A stretch of 64,000 nucleotides of DNA from an uncultured virus (IMG/VR IMGVR_UViG_3300032330_000565) (lineage: Duplodnaviria > Heunggongvirae > Uroviricota > Caudoviricetes), in the IMG/VR virus record IMGVR_UViG_3300032330_000565; one strand, written 5' to 3'. This document shows positions 40,201 to 49,200 of this stretch, one piece after another. The stretch's first letter is position 1; every line of letters starts with the position of its first letter. Both the position numbers and the translations under genes were made by a program. The notes below the pieces were generated by a model. The model was not told the DNA's origin and made no database searches. It saw nothing but the letters and a program-made list of their open reading frames with translations.

Positions 40201-43200
40201 AGATTAGTGTCAAAGAAGTTATCTCCAAATCCCAAATTAGCTTCAGCATAATCCCAAAGGGTACTGCTAAATTCTATAGTACCGTTTTCTAAACCAATTC
40301 GTAGCCAAACACTTCCACCTTCATAGATATAAGTTTCTGAATTGCCTGAACTATTAGCTGCAACAGTTACGATAGTTCCGACAGGAACGTCTAATGTAGA
40401 CAGGTCTGCATATATAGGTACTTGCAATGAAGATTTTGTATTATCATTATAGCCGGGTGCCCACCAATTAATTGTATTCCAATAATTACGTGTATCAAAA
40501 AATTCACCTGTTCTATACAAGAACTGAGGATTTCTTGTTTCAATGATAGGGAACTGCGCTAATATAACATTAGCGTATTGCAAATAATTTTTCAATGCAC
40601 CAAATCTATTGTAGAAGAAACCTTGTCTTGGTCTAGCTAATACACCGGTCTGAACAGCTTTTGGTAATAACGGATCAGGTACAACTCCGCCCGCATTATC
40701 AACACCACACATACTGTCTAACATTCTATTGTAAAGACCAATTGGTTCAGTTATTCCAGCGGATGCATGATTTTGATATAATGCCCCAGAGCCAGGAACT
40801 CCACTTAAGAAATCATCTGCGTAATTTGCACGAATTAAACTATATTGATTATGTGCTACATCATCATTAGTAGTGACAGAATATCCTATATGTAGTACGG
40901 TATCAGTAGCATTTATGTATTCAAAACAATTATACAATCCAAATACGTTTGGTAATAATGGAGTAAAATAGCTTATACCTGTAAGTTGCGGTTGTGCAAT
41001 ATATGACTGTAAAGTAGAGTCAGCTAATGTTTTGCCCAATCTTTCAAATACTACATTGGTGTTTCTGGCCCAGAAATAATATACCGGAGTAATCAATCCT
41101 TCAGCATTTATTATTCCGCGAATTGTATAGTTATTGATGCTATAAGGCAAACCTGGACCAGTATATTGTGCCGGTGGTACCGGGCTTCCTATCCAAGAAT
41201 AAACTGCAACATCACTTCCAGGGAAAACTCTACCCCAATATTGGCTGTTATAATTAACATCATTCTGATGGTAATTCATAAAACGTACATTTGAAGTGTC
41301 AAACCAAATTTGACCAACTTTATCTGCACCCCAAACTAAACCACTTTGAGTAAATCCGGGCGAGTTATATGATGCTGGATCATTATTAGAAACAACATCA
41401 ATATTTTCTGTTACTGCACCCAACAATTTACCTTGAAGAGGATCAATATAATCTAAGTTTACTAGAGTTTCATTTGTGTTTGCGCTGAATAGTTGAATGT
41501 TAAACACACCGTTGATATCAACTACTTCAGACGAACTTCTATACACAGCCCAATCTGGTTCTGAACTTGCGCTTACATATGTCACTACTTGCCCAAGTGT
41601 GTCAGTAGTATCACTTATTGGGTTAAAATTAGGCGTACCTATCGTTACGCGGTTATCATTGAAATCTAATGCAGTACCATAATATGGTTGTGATCCATAA
41701 TCTAAATCTTGTGCGTTTGTGCTTTGTGCGTATACAAATTTACCTGGATTATTTAAACTTTCATTGTATGTAGATAGATAATCAAACATATATACTGCAC
41801 CGGCGTTAATGAAAGTATCCAACCACTTAGTAGCATTGTTATCAAATACTGTATCGTTATCTAATTCATCATCAGTAAAGTCAAATGTAGTAGCTGAGAA
41901 ACGAGTCCCTACTGGTGCGCTAGCAACGAATGAACCGGAATTATCAAACTTAACTACAGTACCAAATTGCGTTCTGCCTGTTAAGTGTGGGCAATTTACT
42001 TTCTGTGTTTGCTTGAATAGAGTTACACCCATTTCACCCAAGGTAGCTGTGTCTAATACAGTTAATGATAGTTTGTTACCAGCAACACCCAATTCAACAT
42101 TTACTAATGCGATAATTAACTTACCGTCCACTGCACTTGCTTGTATATTAGTAAGTGATAGTAAATTAATACTTGCTGCTACTGTAGTTGCGTTACCAAC
42201 TGGCAATACAGCTTTATAACCATTTAATAAAATTGTTCTAGGTGTAGTAATATTACAATCTACTGTACCAATAATAACGCCATATCTTTCACCACCGTTA
42301 GTATATCTATGAACAGCACCTTCATAGTTTTGTTCAGATAATTCAAACGGTGCACCAATTAGTATTTCGTTTGCAAATATGTTAGTATCTACACTTAAGC
42401 CAAACTGTACACCAACTCTAGGTGTTTCTTCATTTGTTAGGGTCTGGGCCAATACAAAATTAATACCACTTACGTTTATAATATCGCCAGCGTTAACAGT
42501 TGATATTGCTTTACTATATACGTAGAAGGTTGAACCTATTACCGCATAATAATCATCAGTTAATGGGGCACCGTTTATCGTAACAAACAATGGAGTTTCC
42601 TGTACTGTAACAATCATCCCTGTACCTGTGTCAGTAGCCAATGATATAACAGTACCGCCGCGAGTAGCACTAATGCTAAACTGAGTATCGCTTGTTACAG
42701 TTTTTATGTAATAAACTGTGTTTTGATTAATTGCACCACCTGATATTAGTGTACCAGAGAAGATTACTGGATAGTTTACATAATCTGCTAAATTAGTTAT
42801 ACCTGCACCATCCAATGTAATTGTAGTACCACTAGTAGATGCAGAAGATGCTGTGCCTGTTGTAGGAGACCAAGCCAAAGCAAATGTTAATGGAATATAC
42901 GCTTGACTAGTTGATTGTGCTTCAAAATTTTGCACAGTTCTAGCAAACACATATGTGTAACCATAATTTTGAGTATTAACATCGTAATCTTGTTGCGGTG
43001 TGCCTACTATTACTGAATCTCCGTAATAGTCAGTTGCGATAGAATAACCAAAATTATCACCTGATGTTAAACCACTTGTTGTAAGTGTATCCACTTTGAT
43101 GAAAGTTACATTTAATGCGGTTCCTGTTCCAGTGCCTACACTAGCAGCAATGATAGTGTCACCCACTACATATGTTTCACCTGACGTTCCTGCTACAGTA

Positions 43201-46200
43201 TTCCAATTAGTAGTACCTAAAGATTCAATTACATAAGTATTACCAACAGTAAATGCAGTAGCAATCATTGAGACATTCATTTTACGATATACATAAACAG
43301 TATTGTTATCTATAGCGGAAATGTAAAGCCAATTCTTATCTCCTGAAATTGCAGTTGAGGTTCCCCAAGTAGTAACTCCACCTGGCGCAGGGATAGTTTG
43401 ATACAAGTTTAACGCATTTGTTAGCGTTGTAGTTAATAATTGATATACATAAACGTTACCAGTTGGTTCTGAAATGACAAACAAATCATCAGAATAAGAA
43501 ATGTTAGAACCAAAAGATGCGTTGTGAGTAATAGTTTGAGATATATTGTATGAATCAGAAAGTTCATCATATCTGTAACGATATACTTTACCTGCATCAC
43601 TATCACCAATTAAATATGCCAAAGCATTAGTATATGCAACTGCACTGCCAAATGTTTGACTTAATGAATGTGTTATTTCTTTATCATATTGATAATTTAA
43701 ACTCTTGCGATAGACAGCCCAATCACCGTTATTATTTGTATCTACCCAAACTTTTAATTTATTAAATTCGTTATCTAGTAAAGGTAAATTAATTATTTCA
43801 GGTGCAGTAGCAACACGTTGACTTTGTAAACTAAAACCAATACCCTGTCCAGTAACATTTTTAATCTGCGGATTCAATGCTAAATTAATAATAACGTTGA
43901 ATTCATCAACCACTGCTGCCACGATATAATAATTATTAATAGAAATATCAAAATTAACAATTGCAAATGGTTGATATCTAGCTAAATTGTGTGGCTGACT
44001 AAATGTTATAGTAACTGTATTGTTTAAATTATTTTTAGCATTTATCACTGAACCTAAACTGTTAGGTGTATAGACTTGCCAAGTTGAAAGATAATTAGCA
44101 AGCCAAACATAGTCACGAACATAGAATTCATTTATAGGAATAGTTGTTCCAGCAGAATTCTTAGCGGTATATAGTCCAGAATAATAATAGCTGGCCATCT
44201 TAACATCATTATAATTTACGTAACCTGCCGTAGGATACAATGTTGATGGTTGTGCTGTTGAAATTGTTGGTAATATATCAGGAGATGTTATTGGTGTTCC
44301 ATAATTGAATACGCTATACAACGGAACTTCTTGTTGAACCCCATCAGTATATAAACCATTTGTCAATCCAACAATAGATGGATTGCCAGTAAGATCCGGT
44401 TGACTTAATCTAAATTCAATAAAATTGTTATTAAGTGTTCCACCAAACTCACCTGATTTAATAGCCCAATTTTCATAAACATCATAATCAATTCCACCTT
44501 GAGGCAAGTTAGCACCCTTAAATGCACTAGCTGCATTTAGTGTACCCTTGTCTTTAATTAAATTTTGATAAACATTAACTTGAGTAATATCAGTTAAATC
44601 AACTAATGCAAGATAATCTCTTGGACGATATCCAATCAATGAGAATGATAATAAATCTGAATCATTTTCTAAGTTAGCTTTGTTTACATCATAGTACAAC
44701 GTACTTTCATATGAACGGGTTTGGCTATTAGGTAATAATCCTTTTTGTATTTCATTGTAAGAGGTTTCTTTCCAATCACGTTCATTAAACACAGGGGATG
44801 CTTGTATTATTTTAAGTGCAGACCAGTATTTGTTTTTATATTTTACTATAGAACCTGCTGTGTATTTTATTTCTTTATTCCACTCTACAATGTTATCTTG
44901 ATTTAAAATAAATCCAGCTGCATCAATGTTACCCGTCCAATCGGCAGTTTTTGTTCCACTAACACTAATACGATATTGTCTTAACCCTGTAACCAAATTG
45001 TAAACCACATCATTAAACAAGGTTACATTATCAAAAACAATACCATTTTCAATGTTGCTAATGTTAAATTGACCATAGCTAATTGCGTCACCTACGTTCA
45101 ATGGTTTAGCAGAAAATGCAGTTCCCTGACGTACTATTTTTAAATCATTTATTGGAATTGGATATAAATCTTGATTCAATACAAAGTTAGATTGTTGCAT
45201 TGTCAATGGTTGTACAATGCGACTTTCTTTGTCTATTAATAATAAATTAGCTGAAGGATTGATTGTGGTTATACTTCCTACTTCCCAACCAATTTGTGAC
45301 CAATATAAGAATTCAGCAACCATTTGTGTCCAATTAATTGGAATGCCATTTTCTATTTCTTCATATACCATACCTTGACTTCTTAGGTATTCTCCGTAGC
45401 TAATCAAAAATTGTGATACTTGTTCCACATTGTAGAATTCAGTACCGTATGGTATTGTTTGAACTGTTTCATAAAAGTTATCAGTAACTTCTACAGTCAA
45501 ACCTTCAACTTTAATCTGTTGTTTAGTCCCGCCAAATTTAGGCGTTAATATTTTAAAGTATGCATTGATTTGATTATTACCATAAACTTTAAAACCATTA
45601 TCAGTAATTTGAATCACTACACCACTATATACAATTCTATCAAACGGTTGATTTTCGTACAATATTAAACCATAGCTTTCGTCAGGTATTAATAGTGAAC
45701 TATTGTTGCTATTCGCAGAACTCTTTTCTACATAGAATTTTAATAAGTTTTTATCACTAAAGCCAGCAACACGATATACTAAACGTACATCTAAGTTATC
45801 TAGTAAGGTAATTATATTAGTTGTAGCATCTACACCAACTTGTTTTTCATAATCAACGATCCAGTTAATATAGCTAGTTGCAGGAGTACCCAAACCGTAT
45901 ATTGGTACATCACCAATAACTAAATGACTTCTGTCATTCACTAGATATTGATTAAATTCAGCGTTGTATTTGTAATTATCAACATCAACACCTAAATTAA
46001 AGAAGTCTGTTGGTTTGGTTACTGCCAATATACGCATCAAATCAAATGGCCATGTGCTGCTTCTACGATAGCTAAATTCTGCAGGACCTACATCACCTAC
46101 TTGCCAATCACGTTGGAATAAGAATCTATCATAATTACCTACTACTGATTCTAATGGTGGAAAAAGATCACCGTTGCTGTCTACAGGAATTATACTTAAT

Positions 46201-49200
46201 AATCCAGGACGAGCATAGCTAGGTTTAATAAATGAATCACCGTTGTTCCAAACTAAACCTGCTGCTAAATCTCCCCACAACACTAAGTTATCACTTGTAT
46301 ATGGTGCCGGTCCATAACGAGTTGTCCACCAGCTTGGTTGATTAGGTAATCCTAACATCTCCCACGGCGTTTCATTTGGCGTAGAAGTATCATAGAAATA
46401 CAAATACAATCCTCTAAAATAGCCCTGTTCAATAGGTTGCTTATCTATTTTGTTACCACTGTCTCTGTAGTTATATGTAAATTGACTGGTAGAATTGTAG
46501 AATTGTGTCTTATAATCAATTCTGTTTTGTCCAACCCAGTTTAAAAATGATTCACTATAGATTTGTAAAAATTCATCATATGTATAATCAGTTTGTCTAA
46601 AGAAGCCAGGAATAATTAATCCTTGATATGAACCAGCTGGAACTGTAGTACTTAATTTTAAGTTATTATAAACACGAGTCTCATACTCAAGTAATACTTG
46701 ATCCCTAAAGTCACTCAATGCACCCGTAGTAGTATTATAATCTCCATATAATTTATTAAATGACCCGTCGTGCCCTACAATAAAATATGTTTCTGGATTA
46801 TAAGCAGTATCTAATACTACACTAGGAGTAGTTGCAGGATACAATCCTAATTTAGTCGGGGTGTTTGGAACATAGCTTCCGTATGTTTGATTATATTCAT
46901 TAATTACAATTTGGTCGTTAGCTTGTAAATCGGTAGTAACAGTTAGTGAAGGACTATCAGTACTTACATTATAATCTATTCCTTTAACCAATTGAGTTTG
47001 TACACCATCACGAATCAAATAAACTAAAACACCATTGTAATTTGCTGTTTCAAAATTGTAAATATGACTCAATGGATACACGCTTATGTCTAATGTATTT
47101 GCAAAACTATATGTATTGGTAATGTATGGAGCCTTTGATGGCAACATGTCACTCCAGAAGAATGGTTGAGAATCAATATGTGATGCATTAATTTGATCTA
47201 ATGCATTATCTAACATGGTTGCAGGGGTCAACAATCTAGAGTAATCTGAGTTGTTAACTGTATCAACCAACAATGTTTTAAAAGTAATATACTGTTTACT
47301 ATTGTATAACAAAGAATTAAACAAGTTGTGACTTTGATTTCTTAAGAATGTACCAGGTAAAACTAGTGAGGCACTGTTTTGAATTATTCTGTTACCCCAT
47401 GGTACTAAGTTACCTAGGTCACGAAAGTTGTTAGGTCCAAACACTTGTCCTGAAGTATCAGGATTGTTGTAAAAAATACTTTGATATTGTCCGCGAATAT
47501 CACCAATATTAGCTGTAGTAAGAGTTTCGTTTAGTGGGTTGTTATTTAAATTGATCGGTGTTTGGAAGTAAGCAGTCTTGCTAACTTGATCACTTAATAT
47601 TAAAATCTGTACGACAGTCTCAATCGCATCAATGGTTGGTATATTAATAACTGTTGTAGTATCAGTAGATGCAGCAGTAACGGTCCAATCTGTATTTGGC
47701 AAATATTTATTATTAATATAAACTTGAACTAAAGGCCATTGTGTTGGAGCAGTAACAATTGGGGCAATATCACATTCAAACGTATTGTTTGAATTGTTAA
47801 TCAAACTCCAGTCAAATTCAAAAACTTGATATTGAACGCTAGGTGATACGGCAGTTTGCCATCCTAATTGTCTTATTGCTAAAGGATTATTGTCAGATGC
47901 TAATGTATAATTATATACATAACCAGTATTTACTTTTTGAGTTACTGCGGTAGTACCGTTAACATATGTAAACGTATCAGAATTCAAAGAAACATCAAAA
48001 CTAATGTCACCCACATTATCCACTGAACTATAACGTACCGGGAAACCCAATACGGTGTCGTTTGCTCCGGTACCTATTCCATATGAAAACAATGTGCTTC
48101 CAGCAAATGATGTACCAACGTAAACTACACGGTCACCAAAACTTATGCCATTGCTATCAAATATGTCAAATTTAGGTGCTTGTTGCAATTGAGTTTTTTG
48201 TTGACCCTCAAACCAACTTTCACCATTGTAATAAAAATCTTTACCTTTATAGTTGTAACCTCTATAAACTGCTGTCTGCTCATCCGGTAACACCAACCCA
48301 TCATCAGCTTCAGTTAATGTAATTATCGGAGTGCTACCTGGAGTTATTGTAGAAAAACGTGAGATGTATATTTTGTTTTTAACATTAACATCATTGTCAG
48401 CAGAAAACACTACTCTAGACCCATCAAAAAGTGAATAGTTATCCAATGGGGTGTCTGCTGTAACAACTGATGCAACTGAAGTCGCAGCAATAATTGATTG
48501 ATTATACCATGACACTGTAATTATAGTATCAGTGCCAGATACCCCAACATCAGTAACAAAAGTAATAGCAGGTAATAGATCGGTTGAATCAGTGATGTAT
48601 TGACCTATTTCAAATAATCCAAATACATCACTAGTAGCTACAGTAATAGTAGTGCTGTAAGAATATATGCTAGTAGTTACAGAAGTAATACTAGAGGTTG
48701 TCAATACAAGAGTACTACCTTGTTTAGTTTCAGAGATAGTAATATAATTACCTGAAATATTAGTAATATAGTAAGTAGTACCTGAAGTTATTCCACCAAA
48801 AGTTGTTCCAAATGATATTGTATCGTTTACGTATAAGCCAGTAGTACTGCTTAATGAAACTAAATTAGTTAGACCTATTGTTTGTATTGCGGTGATAGAT
48901 GTGTTTGGTCCAGTTACTGGAGCAATTGTAGCAGTATAATTAGTCCATCCGGCTGTGTCAGGATAAAAATTAGTAGTCCCGGCTACTTCAGAGAATGCAT
49001 CGGTTGTTTTAGTATCAATGAAATCAATAGGATTTTTACCAACTGCACCGGAATTAAACATTCTTAAGTTAGGGTAAAATTCAATAATAGGACGTTTTGC
49101 TTTGTTTTCTAATTGAGTGTATTGTGTAATTAATGCTGGAGTATTGTTATATGCCGCGGTCGCATTAATAACATCAATATGAAACCAGCGATTGCTTCTT